Shown: positions 42,901-52,666 of the stretch, piece by piece | How the letters are laid out: every line of letters begins with the position of its first letter | Position numbering within the stretch: the stretch's first letter is position 1 | Source: Paraspadella gotoi | Taxonomy: Eukaryota > Animalia > Chaetognatha | Assembly: GCA_051294375.1 (NCBI GenBank) | Contig: CM119269.1 | Location: 20,254,814-20,318,813 of the forward strand | Direction: 5' to 3' | Length of the DNA stretch: 64,000 bases | Notes under the pieces: generated by a model | What the model was told of the DNA's origin: nothing | Databases searched by the model: none | What the model saw: the letters and a program-made list of their open reading frames with translations, nothing else | Translations under genes and position numbers: made by a program

Positions 42901-45900
42901 GATGACGACGAAGACAACGATGACGACGAAGACAACGATGACGACGAAGACAACGATGACGACCAAGACGACGAAAATTACGACGAAAACGACGACGAAA
43001 AAGATGACAAAAACGACGACGAAAAATGACGGTGAAAACGACGACGAAAACGACGACGAAAATGACGGTGAAAATGACGGTGATAATGACGACGACGGTG
43101 AAGACGACGACGACGAAACTGTGTGTAAGTTAAAGAGAGGAGAGAGACAGAGAGAGAGAGAGAAAGAGAGAGAGTCATCGTTTAAATTGAACGAACTTCC
43201 ATGAATAATCACTGGATTTACCGGGTCTCCAATATTTCTAAATTTGTTTTTTTTTTTAGATTCGGAAAGAATTTTAGAAAGAAATCGGTGAAAACGACGA
43301 CGATGAAAACTGACTGTGAAGACGAAGACAAAACCAACTCACTCTCTCTCTCTCTCTCCAAACCGATGACGAAAAAGATGAAGAAACGACGGCGAACACT
43401 TTGTCATTGAATTCTTTTTATTAGAAATTTTATTACAACGAGTGAGATAGAAATGAGAGAGAAAGGAAAAAAAATATAATTGAAACCAATATGCATTTTC
43501 AATTTTATTATAAATTTGATTTTGAAATTCATTAGCCTCGCAGACGTATTTTGCTGGTCGTCTTCTATTTCTGTTAAAAATATTGGTTAAGAGTTAAATT
43601 TTATTCATTCACTATTTACTAACTTTATAATAAGATTTTAGCATCAATATCTCCATTTTATTGTTGGAATTAGTCCAGTCTTTTCCGTACGATGTTGAGT
43701 TCATCACTTTCCGTCGGGGCCACCTCGTACGCTGATTATTTTCAAATCAATTCACTAATTGGATAGAAACGTAACCTCCAACATTAATACAAGTATGAGA
43801 AGAGGAAGCGCTCTTTATCTCTCCTAAAATTAAATCTGTTGCAAACTACAGTCAACGGAAACCGGAAAGATATCACATAGGGCATAAGAAATGTTTACCA
43901 AATGAAATGACATCCTTGTTTGAATTTTAAGAGGGATTTGACCTTTTTTTCTGTCCTTTCCTGTGCGTGTATGAAGGAGATGATATCACTATTAAAATTC
44001 CTTTATCAGAGGAGGCCCAGACCCAAGAATTCAGCTTTCTGCATTAAAAAATAAAAATTCGAATTATGGAAAAATGACTTCCCAAGTGAAAGTAGAGAAT
44101 GGAGGGTATCAGTATTTAGGGGAGATCAATTAAAAATTTTCCAAATAAATATCTCGTCCTTGTTCGAATTGCAACAAGGAGATGGGAATTTTTTCTCCAC
44201 TTTCCCGCGCGAAGAAAAATTAATGACTATCACCATTCGAATTCATTTAATGATAGACCCTTAAGCTTATGATATCATTTTTATCACTGGGTCCCCTTAA
44301 GGTTTACGTTTACGTAGAATAAAAAAGTCGAGACAGAGTGCAAAAAATTGGAGCCCGAAACAAAGTTACAAAGGTATACCGTATAGAGTTTGACTACAAA
44401 AAAATATGAAATTAGTACAACCAATTTAAAAAATATCAATTCATTGGATAAATGCTCTCTTGCCCCTGACGTTAGACACGCTATGTAATAGAAAAATGGC
44501 AAGAGAAGTAAACAAGCTTTAGCAACAAAGACGTGGTGACATTGACAGTAATTATTAATGATAAAAATAAATAAATGAAAAAAGTACTTTGCAAGTATAG
44601 GTGAAAAAAAAGTAAGAGAAAAAAAGGAAGGGAAGAGTGAATCACTGAATCACCGTCACCTTTGACTTCCTCAATTCCTCATCCCTCTCAGGTTGATGGA
44701 ATCGTGACCAAAACCGGAGACCCGACTTCCTACATCTGGTGCGAGGCAACGACCAACAAGGGTGTCGTGGTCAAGTGCACTCCGGACGGTTACGTCTACA
44801 ACGAGGACATACCCGCCTGTGTCCCTCCGCAGTATAATGCCGTAAGGAAGTGGTGGTGCAATGGCAATATCCACTAGCACATATTTACAATTAAAAAACT
44901 TTTTTTCTTAAATCAGGCGACGACTAAATGCAAAAACCTTCCGAATACCTGGACTTGCACTACAAACTTTAACGTGGGAACCGTCTGTACTCTCACTTGC
45001 GATACAGGTGAGGGCTGAAAAAGATAAATGTAAAATATTGTTCAAACTTTCTCCAATAAAGCCTTAAAGTGATCGTGACTGAGTCAAGGTTGAAAATAGG
45101 AGTCAATTCGAAATTCTTCTTTCTGGAGTTTCGCGTTTGAAAATAAAAAGTTTAATAAATTTTTATAGTTGCCCGTTTACCTTTGGTTGGGGTGCTTAAA
45201 ATGCCGGTACTAGTGTAAATATAATTCAAAGCAAAGTTGCCTTTTTTTCTCGTTTTACAAGCTTGTTTCCCTGCTTCTCTAAGGTTACGCTCCCTCGGAC
45301 GGAGGAAATGGGATGGTCACTTGTTTGCAAGGATCGAACACGCACGCCAAATGGGACAAACCTATTCCGACATGCAAGTCCAAATGCGTCCCAAATCCCT
45401 GCGTGCAAGGAACATGCGCGCTTCAGGGGGGCAACGCCCAATGCACTTGCACTGCCGGTTGGGAAGGTGAGAATAAGAAAGTGAAGGACGACGTATGGGC
45501 GAAATAGGCTCGGTTTACGAGGATCAAAAATTTGTATAGAAAATTCGTTTTTTAACCGTTTGTTCATTTGATTTTTTTCTTCTTATAGTAAGTTTTTCCA
45601 GCTAACAAAATTTATTAAGCTACGAATTTTTTTATCGAGGCCCAACCTGCACAAAAGTTAAGTTCATGTGTGGCTCCAAAAATTGCGGAAACAAAGGCTA
45701 CTGCATCAACAACATCAACGATCCAAAATGCGAATGCGTTGCTGGTTACGAGGGGAGCACTTGCGCCGACAAGGTAAATCTCAAATGTGGTATGGTTTGG
45801 AATTCTTGGGTAAGGAAGTGAAGATTAAAAACTTGTAGTTAATTGAATTGAATATTCGTGAAAGAACTTAAGGGAGTGGTCTTTTCATACAATTGAAACA

Positions 45901-48900
45901 TTCTTTGAAATATTATACCACTTCATTGATAGGGAAGCCAGGTACTCTGGGAGTGAATAAACGAGACTGTGAGAGAGTCTTGATTGAAAGCTTGCAGGGA
46001 CCTGCTATGTCATTATCTTGTAAGAGTGATGGAGGCCTTAAACCACCAAAGCCTGTCCAAAGTCAGGGGCAAGATAGCTTATTTATTAAATGAATGGATA
46101 ATTTTTATATTGGTTGTACCAATTTCTTAATATTCCTTTTTCTCGTTTTCAGGTTCAGTGTCCCGATCCGACCGCAGCGGTGAAAGGGACGATTGCACCC
46201 ACAGCATCCAAATACGAATTTGAAGATAAGGTCAAGGTCACGTGCGCCACCGGGTGAGTAAGAGTAAGAGAGAGAGATAGATATGGATATTGAATGAAAC
46301 GAACAAATTCCCAATGATCAGCAAATACGTCTCCGGAAAAGCGGCCACCTCCAAAACGCAAGATATTCAGTGTGGAGCAGACAAAAAGTGGACGCCAAAT
46401 ATCGAGTGTCTGCCGGTCGACTGTGGCCAGCCCAAAATACCGCCTGAAAGCGGCTCGGCGACTGCCACAGGTAAGTTTGAATAAACGACCAGCACGAAAT
46501 CCATCCCGCAGGAAGCCGCTCGGATGCCATAGGTAAGTTTGTATCAACAGCTAGCCCAACAACTTCCCATCAAGCTGGAGTCCAACTGCCATAGGTAAGT
46601 TTAAATTAAACTCCAGTTCAACATCGCTCCGACAACCGACAATAGTAAGTTAAACTTAATGGCAAAACAAACATTGCAATCGCTACAATGTCGCCACATT
46701 GTTTGCGAAGAAAAAGTGACTGAGCAGTCACAAGTAACAGAGTTGTGACAGAGAAAACTTGCGACAGAGTTGACTGTTGAGTGTTGACCTTTTCTCGATT
46801 CTCCCTCACAGCCACCGTTTACGACAGCACCGCAGATCTGAGGTGCCAAGTGGGTTACTCCATCCCTACTCTTAGCGGTGCCAACAGCGGAACTTTGAAA
46901 TGTCAAGACAACGGAGAGTGGGGCACTGCGGTTTGCCAGCCGCATAACTGTCAAGCTCTCACGGCGCCTGCCAACGCTCTATCCGTTACTCGTGAGTACT
47001 TTAAATTAAAAGTTATGTCTTTCGTTAATTCATTCATTTAATCATTTTTAGTTTTATTTATTATTGATAATAAATTTTTATTATTATTATTATTAATATT
47101 ATTATTTTACAACTATTCATAGAAAAATTTAAGTCATTTTGTCTTTCTTTATTCCCTTCCGAGACCTAGGTTGATTCTTTAATTTCCATTTTCATTTATT
47201 CATAAATTCACCTAATGAAGAGACAGTAATTATTGATATGTGTTAATGACAGAACCGTTCAATATAAGCAGTCCCTGAGCTTCGGATCAGGCAGTAACAC
47301 CGAGTTAGTTAGGCGGCCACCGGGATAGAACCCCGTGCCTTTGGGTTGGGAGGCGAATGACTTGCCTCCGGCACCAATGGCCACTGATGAACGGTTGGTG
47401 GATTTTAGTCCACCATACTAACAATTAATTTTACCATTTTTTAAAATTTATCCTTTCATTCATTAATTTTTGCTTTTCTCCTCGGCTTCATTTCTTTTTT
47501 TTTCCTCCTAACTCTTTATTTCTTTCACCCTTAGAACCCGTGACTACTTTTGGCAAATCGGCGACGATCACCTGCAGCGTGGGTTACATCGTCAAGGACA
47601 CCACCTCCAACACGGGTTCCGTCATCTGCAAACTTCCCGGCACCGGAACTAACGCCGCCGGTTGGGCCGATTTCCCGGGATGTGTGGAGAAGGTCTGCGA
47701 TGGTCCGCCCGTACCGACCTCGCCTACGGGTGAGTCAATTCGTCTCGAATTAAAATTTTACATGTCGTAGAACAAGTGAAGATTTATACTTGCCACAATA
47801 GCATAAAATATTGAATTTTTAATTTTACAATTTACCTATTTTAGGGACATTGTTATTTAGTGAGTTGTCATAAAAATTGTATAAAAAAGAAATGTAACTC
47901 TGTTCACAAAATTCACGTTGGTCAAAAGTTTTATATATATATATATCATAAATAGATAGCGGCATTATATGTATTTTTTTTAGTGTGGCATATGGTGGAT
48001 GAAGATATTTTGAAACGATTTTTCGGTTAATTTTCAGGTTTAACCAACATCGGAAGTCTTAACTACAACGGGAATTCTTCACCTTACAAATACAACAATG
48101 AGGTACAAACTTTGATGATGGTCCATGAACGACTTGAACGTATCATCTAAACATAAATATCTATTTTTTAAACCTATTGTCGTATCGTATCCTTTCTTTG
48201 CGTTGGGTAGTATCATTAAATGAAGAATTTTGTTTTCTTAACAATTTTGTATAAAGTGAAAATTATTTTCCCCCGCAATCTAACCTCTTCAGGTGACCCT
48301 CCAATGCCAAGCAAATTACAAAGTCAACGGCGGCGACGCAAACAAAAAACTCAAATGCTCCTACACCGGGTGGGTTCCGATGACTGTGACGCCGTCTTGC
48401 ACTCCGCTCAAGTGCAATATAGCATTCGGGACGGGATTCGCCAACGGAGACGTCGTCTTCTCCAACTCGGACAATGTCGGCACTAAAGCCACCATTACTT
48501 GCAAGCCGGGATATATCATCGACTCCACGGTCGGAACGCTGCTAACTCAAGTTTAAAATATACTTTCGTATTATTTCAGTCCTTTCAGTTCTGCTTTTCT
48601 TTAATATGATCTACTTTAAGACTCGGACGGCACATAGGTCCATTCTGTACTGAACATTATTCATCTCCATTTTTTGGTTGTGCCAGGAGTACTCTAGAGC
48701 AACTCTATAATATCACGTGTAGGTGGTTCGATCGGTGGTTCTGTCTGTTTGTCTGTCTATCCATTGGCCTGTCTTACATTTAAATTGATCAAAGTAATTC
48801 GGGTAATATTGCCATAATTCAGTTAATAATACATAGTAGTAGGGTGATATACCATAAGATTCAGAATGTGCACGTGTTTCATATGATGACTGAAAAAAGC

Positions 48901-51028
48901 GCGGGGTATCTCACAAACTGGCGTAGGGGCTGCGGACCCTCAGTGTCCGCCTCTGTCGCTGGCATGTTTAAACCACCTTCGTCACGTTTAAGCCATAATC
49001 GGGATAACCCGGGATTGAACCCGTGACTCATGTTTCAAACGAGATGATTTAGACTACACAGCCATTGAGACGAGGCTGATGACGGACAGCGGTGAGGCAG
49101 CTTTAAGTTATGCTGCAGTATATGTAGTCAATCCTCTGAAAATAATTATTCAAAAGTAAGTCACATAAGAGCTTGAACTTACCAGTTACTGTATCCATGC
49201 TGTTGACGTGCCTTTTAAATCTGTCTTCCCTCAATTTTTTTTAGTTTTAAACGTTAAGCTATCAATCAATATCTATAATTTCCTCAACAATTGAATTAAA
49301 CAAATACATCTTCAAAACGACGACTTATCGTTTGATGCCTCATCTTTTTTTTTCCTCTCGCAAAGACGACCACCACGAAAGATCTGACTTGCTCGGCCAA
49401 CTCTCAGCAAGACGACACCGTCTGGAGCCCCTCAAGCATCCCGTCATGCAACAAACGATCTTGTCCCGGCCTCAACAACCCGACCCATGGCTCCTGGTCG
49501 GTCAACGCGGGCTCCTTCGGCGATAAGGCCAAACTCACCTGCAATACAAACTACTTCCCTTACCCGCAAAATGGCAATGATGTCGCTTGCGGACCCGCGG
49601 GAAAGTGGTTGCCCGATCCAGCAACCTGTAATGTGCGTAGTGAGACCGTTTGTGAACTGGCAAGGGTTGGTTTTATAAAAAGGACTGGCAAAGAGAAAAG
49701 TGTAGTGACGAGTAGAAATCGTGGTTGGATTAATGAAAGTAGGGAAACTAAGAAGTTCTGGCGGTATATTTACACCGCCTCAAAGTAAAAAAAAAAAGAA
49801 TAAGAATAGCATTAAGCGAATCAAAAAAAAATATTTTTTTTTCTCTAATAGGTAAAGTCTTGCGATCCGGTGGAGATCACCAACGGTAATGTGAAATTGA
49901 AGAGCAACAACAACGTCGTCACTGGATCAATTCCGGTTAACGAACAAATTTATTTCGTCTGCGACAACGGATTTAAGCTAAGCAAGGAAGGTTAGTCGCA
50001 GATTGGTAATGTTTTATTATTTCATTTAAGTAACATTCGGATTCTACCCGAGTCGCGGATCCGATTCCATTTTCGGTTCTGATTCCATCTGTGATTATTT
50101 CAAGTGTTTTATTTATTGAAAGGAGAATAACTTCTTTCCATCTTCCACTCAGTGACTCTAACCTGCCAAGATCAACCCAGCCTTAGCGTAGGCAAGTACA
50201 GCGACGATGCGCCCACCTGTCAGAACGAAGACAATTGCGTCGTCAACAAGGTCCCCGTCAATTGCGGCGCCAACGGAAATTGCAAAGACGGCGTCGCCAA
50301 ATACGTGTGTGAGTGCAATCCTGGTTGGACCAATGTCGACGTCAACGACAAGACCTCGCTCTGCACGACGCCGGTGAGCAGATTCGAAATCGGACGGAGA
50401 GTAGGTGCTATTTATTCTCTTGTCGTCAATATGGCGCTGCTTTGGTGTAGTTTGTTTTTAAGTCTCGTTTCTGTTTTAATTCCCAGGTGGATCCATGCCA
50501 AAACCAACCGTGCAAAAACAATGGGGCCTGTACCCTCAACACCGCCTACACAACAGATTCCAACCTTTATCCCTATAAATGCGACTGCAATCCGAGCACC
50601 AGATTTTCTGGGTACGATTGTGAGAAAGACAACCAGATTTCCGCGCCAGCCAAATGTTCTGGTGAGTTCAACGTCAACTCGTTCTCTCGTTTCTCGATTT
50701 TTTTTTTGATTCATCCTTGTCATCTTTTATGAGGCAGTCTATATGGCAGAAAATTATAACAATAATGTTAAAAATAGAAACCGACCGACTAACTTTTGAA
50801 TTTTTCTTCCGTTTCTTCTCAACGTTTTTCTCCGCCATAACCCTTTCAAAAGATGTGGGTAGTCAACCTCACCCGGGCAGCTGCTTGAAGTTTTACACCT
50901 GCCAATGGGGTAACTCTCAAGTCCAAAGTTGTCCACCCAACAACGTCTTCGACTCGACGATCAGTAATTGCCAAGTGCCTCTCCTGGCGAAGGCCGCGTC
51001 CAAATGCACCGCCAACAACAACTTGTGA
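21104..51028 (+). CDS. Secreted multidomain protein: signal peptide - CBM14 - sushi - EGF x2 - sushi x7 - EGF x2 - CBM14 (16 exons)
   Basis: Exon 21104-21238 (MGLVFVLISCCCVLL...ECTNLQ, phase 0) joins 44692-44841 (..YIWC..KC..YVYNEDIPAC); then 44917-45007, 45284-45466, 45640-45773, 46153-46253, 46322-46469, 46812-46991, 47535-47729, 48038-48102, 48293-48529, ~49366-49632, 49852-49990, ~50153-50373, 50488-50661, 50852-51028 (HPGSCLKFYTC..SCP..VFD..C). Cys/Trp spacing fits CCP, EGF and peritrophin-A domains. The link to exon 1 crosses N-gaps. Confidence 0.85.
22100..22730. repeat. ~18-20-bp satellite (TTTTTCAACTTGCATAA)
   Basis: About 30 degenerate tandem units. Confidence 0.9.
22860..23970 (+). 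mobile_element. Non-autonomous Helentron/DINE-like element with internal ~90-bp subrepeats, (GGAC)n tract and terminal hairpin
   Basis: Subrepeat AAACTTT..AGCTCAATCACACAC..ACAAAATTTC; end GACAAAGTGAATATAGAGTCGG...CCGACTAAAAA matches 41555-41760. Confidence 0.6.
24600..34625. repeat. ~16-bp satellite (AAATTCATTCCTGTGC) in alternating forward and reverse blocks, partly highly degenerate
   Basis: ATTCCTGTGCAA blocks versus TTGCACAGGAAT blocks, with polarity switches near 26370, 29440, 30320, 32105 and 34290; AT-rich spacer at 32200-33550. Confidence 0.9.
34668..34835 (+). repeat. Degenerate TTAGGG-like tract
   Basis: Multiple GGTTAGGG/TAGGG variants next to the satellite end. Confidence 0.55.
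34950..36420. repeat. Degenerate tandem repeats: tRNA-like unit x3 (~34958, 35257, 35753) and ~170-bp unit x3 (~35550, 36070, 36270)
   Basis: Recurrent GGTAA..GCCTTCCTTTTGATTAGGAAGG..GGTTCTAACCCTG..ACGTTCGATTCC, and recurrent GCTGACGTTTTGGTCTTTCAGAAT..GGGCGCCAAAAA. Confidence 0.65.
37022..38953 (-). CDS. N-terminally acylated (globin X-like) globin, 3 exons, nested antisense in an intron
   Basis: Exon 38748-38953 MGACGCCC...SW..FGVIIFEDFFAMFPEEGEKF (B10 Phe, C2 Pro, CD1 Phe); exon 37927-38074 MWVHA (E7 His), GFLHY (F8 His); exon from 37213 with H-helix TRDAWENL. In-frame TGA at 37106-37108; next stop at 37022. Confidence 0.88.
38290..38685. repeat. ~34-bp minisatellite in globin intron 1
   Basis: Unit CACTTTCTCTCATATCACTTTCCACCTCCTACCT, about 11 copies. 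Confidence 0.9.
40600..40981. mobile_element. Palindromic MITE (~380 bp)
   Basis: Ends CGCAGTAGGCTATATTTA / TAAATATGGCCTACTGCG; imperfect complementarity continues inward (TGCAGATTTG/CAAATCTGCA, AAAAGTTGATAAAA/TTTTATCAACTTTT). Confidence 0.85.
41097..41205 (-). mobile_element. tRNA-headed element family 1, truncated copy (ribozyme part lost)
   Basis: Reverse complement matches 51243-51346 and stops after AGCAGT. Confidence 0.85.
41320..41760 (+). mobile_element. Helentron/DINE-like element end with (GGAC)n and hairpin GCCGGAATCTGC-TGTAA-GTAGATCCGGC
   Basis: Same family as 22860-23970; the subrepeat also occurs at ~39590 and ~40500. Confidence 0.65.
42549..42783 (+). mobile_element. Inverted-repeat-bounded Penelope-like remnant with degenerate minimal hammerhead motif
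   Basis: IR AAATTTAGAGGCAATTTGGTTTC / GAAACCAAATTGCCTATAAATTT; CTGATGA-A-GGCTT-GCATTCA-AAGCC-GAAACGTT at 42690-42722. Confidence 0.6.
42790..43116. repeat. Degenerate (GAC/AAC/GAA)n trinucleotide tract (similar tract at 42260-42460)
   Basis: Direct reading. Confidence 0.85.
47216..47415 (-). mobile_element. tRNA-headed element family 1, internally deleted copy
   Basis: Reverse complement matches 51243-51466 except for loss of the 5' half of the ribozyme; retains P4 CCTGA-TCCGAAGC-TCAGG. Confidence 0.9.
48670..48770 (+). mobile_element. Helentron-like element terminus
   Basis: TTTTTGGTTGTGC...GAGCAACTCTATA followed by a (GTCT/GTCG)-type tract; like 51840 and the reverse complement of 60420. 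Confidence 0.5.
48919..48995 (-). ncRNA. Twister ribozyme-like RNA, P5-type permutation, diverged (family 2)
   Basis: Reverse complement: TGGC-TTAA-ACGT-GA-CGA-AGGTGGTT-TAA-ACAT-GC-CAG..CTG-AGGG-TCCGCAGC-CCCT-AC-GCCA; twister element order conserved, several point mutations. Confidence 0.6.
48996..49085 (-). mobile_element. tRNA-derived head of element family 2
   Basis: Reverse complement has arm CTCGT-TTGAAAC-ATGAG, B-box GGTTCAATCC, and upstream TCATCAG as in family 1; acceptor stem decayed. Confidence 0.6.
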
Positions 51029-51104
51029 TCGACCGACTGGTAAAGAATCTATTTCCATTTTTACCAACCAATTTTTGCTCCGCTATAATAATTTCAAGAA
51101 ACGT

Positions 51105-51110
51105 AATAAA
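51105..51110 (+). promoter_or_regulatory. Polyadenylation signal of the CBM14/sushi gene
   Basis: AATAAA 77 nt after the stop codon. Confidence 0.55.
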
Positions 51111-51242
51111 AAAAAATGAACTAAAATTTTATTCGTACTAATTAATTAAATCGTCGTTTTTTCATGAGATGTATGATATATTTCGTATCGTATCCTTGTT
51201 GCCCAAAGATTCCAGCTTTTTTCGTGAAATATATATATATTA

Positions 51243-51466
51243 TGGTGGATTAAAATCCAACAACCGTTCATCAGCGGCCATTGGTGCCGGAGGCAAGTCA
51301 TTCGCCTCCCAGTCCGGGGTTCTAGCCCGGTGGTCGCCTAGCAGTTAAGAGGGACGGGGCGCTTAACCCGCCTGTAACATGGTGTTACAGCCTGATCCTA
51401 AGCTCAGGGACTGCTTATATTGAACGCTTCTGTCACTAACACATAACAATAATTACTGTCTCTTCA
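51243..51466 (+). mobile_element. tRNA-headed SINE-like element family 1, most complete copy, inserted in (TA)n
   Basis: Three copies in the window; head 51274-51337 has acceptor-like stem GCGGCCA/TGGTCGC, A-box-like TGGTGCCGGAGG and T-arm CCGGG-GTTCTAG-CCCGG. Confidence 0.85.
51340..51415 (+). ncRNA. Twister self-cleaving ribozyme, P5-type permutation (family 1)
   Basis: P5 AGCAGTT/GACTGCT; P2' GAGG; conserved GA; T1 CGG; GGCGCT at the P1 position; U^AA at 51364/51365; P2 CCC; T2 GC; P3 CTGTAACA/TGTTACAG; P4 CCTGA/TCAGG with loop TCCTAAGC (twister UNNNAAGC loop). Confidence 0.75.
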
Positions 51467-51838
51467 ATATATATATAATTAGAAAATATTTTTCAGGAAC
51501 TCTCACGACAAAACCAGGACCTCCGGAGCCACAGATTTCGAACAAAAGAAAAAAAAGAAATTGTGACACCAAAAGATTCGGGATATTTTCGGGAAAAAAA
51601 ATATGAAAAAAGGGTCCTTCTGTATTTTTTTTTCCGCTACCTGGCGAGTCAATTTATGTTCTTAACTCAATTTCTCACTTTTTTATGCGTTGAACTTGGA
51701 ATCTCACTGTTGGATTTTATTTACCCTCACATTGACAATACATCTCGTTCATGAACTTTCACTTTAATGTTTTGTTTCACTACGTCAAAAGAAACTAAAT
51801 TTTTACTCTCCGTGAATTTTCAGCTAATTTAGAGTTTG

Positions 51839-52060
51839 CTTTTTAGTTACGCGGAGCAACTCTATGACTAACTTTCGGTCTTCTGTCGGTCGGTCTTTCG
51901 GTCTGTCGGTCGGTATGACTGTCCGTTGTTCTGTCCCACTTACGTTAAAAATGCACATAATTTGCCTATAGTTAGTTGCTCATTTGTTAAGAAGGAAAAT
52001 CTAAGGGACTGCTAGTGCCGCTTTCTGGAAATCCTAAATGCGAAATTCCGTTGCAGTGCT
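51839..52060 (+). mobile_element. Helentron-like non-autonomous element (inverted copy at 60230-60423)
   Basis: TTTTTAGTTACGCGGAGCAACTCTAT + (GGTC)n + CTGTCCCACTTAC..AAAATGCACATAATT; reverse-complement match at 60290-60423. Confidence 0.7.
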
Positions 52061-52384
52061 TGTCATAAATACAAAGGCAAAGATAGTTATTGAAGTCATA
52101 TATAGTCATGTCATTTTTGTTTTGTTTTATTTTTTTTAATTTTTTTGTTTTTATTGAAAAGAAATATTTTGATCATAAGAGGGTAAAAAAAAGGAAAAAA
52201 AAACATTAAAAATCATCATCATCATCGATCAATGATGTTATTATTTTTTTTTAATTTTGACTACGAATTTTAACAGTTTTAATTCTATTTTTTATATAAA
52301 TTTTTGTGGTCTATCAGAAAAAGTTAAGACTGATCATTATCATTATAAAAACATTATAACTGAACTTTTTTTAAACAAATATTT

Positions 52385-52614
52385 TTAATTATCGCGAAAT
52401 CCCTGTGATGTCCAAAAGTCACGCTCGGAGGCGGGAGCGTGAATATAGGTGAAGAGGCGTGGAACCAAACCCTTGTTTGACCTTTCGATTCGCGCGAGAC
52501 CAAAGTCGAAAAAAGTCCGAAAATCACACAAAACTTACCTTTTGAGGACCAGGATTAACTCACCCGCCTACGACGCCGGGCCTTTTAGACTTATCCCCAT
52601 CCTCCACACAAACA

Positions 52615-52666
<52 letters not shown>

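Larger units (their letters stand above)
41817..44296. mobile_element. Non-autonomous TIR DNA transposon with TTAA TSD and GG..CC termini (Kolobok-like)
   Basis: TTAA-GGGAACCCAGTGAT...TGATATCATAA at the left end; TTATGATATCA...ATCACTGGGTCCCC-TTAA at the right end; no transposase ORF seen. Confidence 0.65.

Noticed and set aside
42260-43204. Acidic or Thr-rich ORFs
   Set aside because: Degenerate trinucleotide repeats without splice or domain support.
47383-47415. Antisense hammerhead (CTGATGA conserved in both element families)
   Set aside because: No GAAA after the following stem and no stem III/NUH site.
51274-51337. Functional tRNA gene
   Set aside because: Anticodon arm deleted here and mispaired in sister copies; embedded in a multi-copy element.
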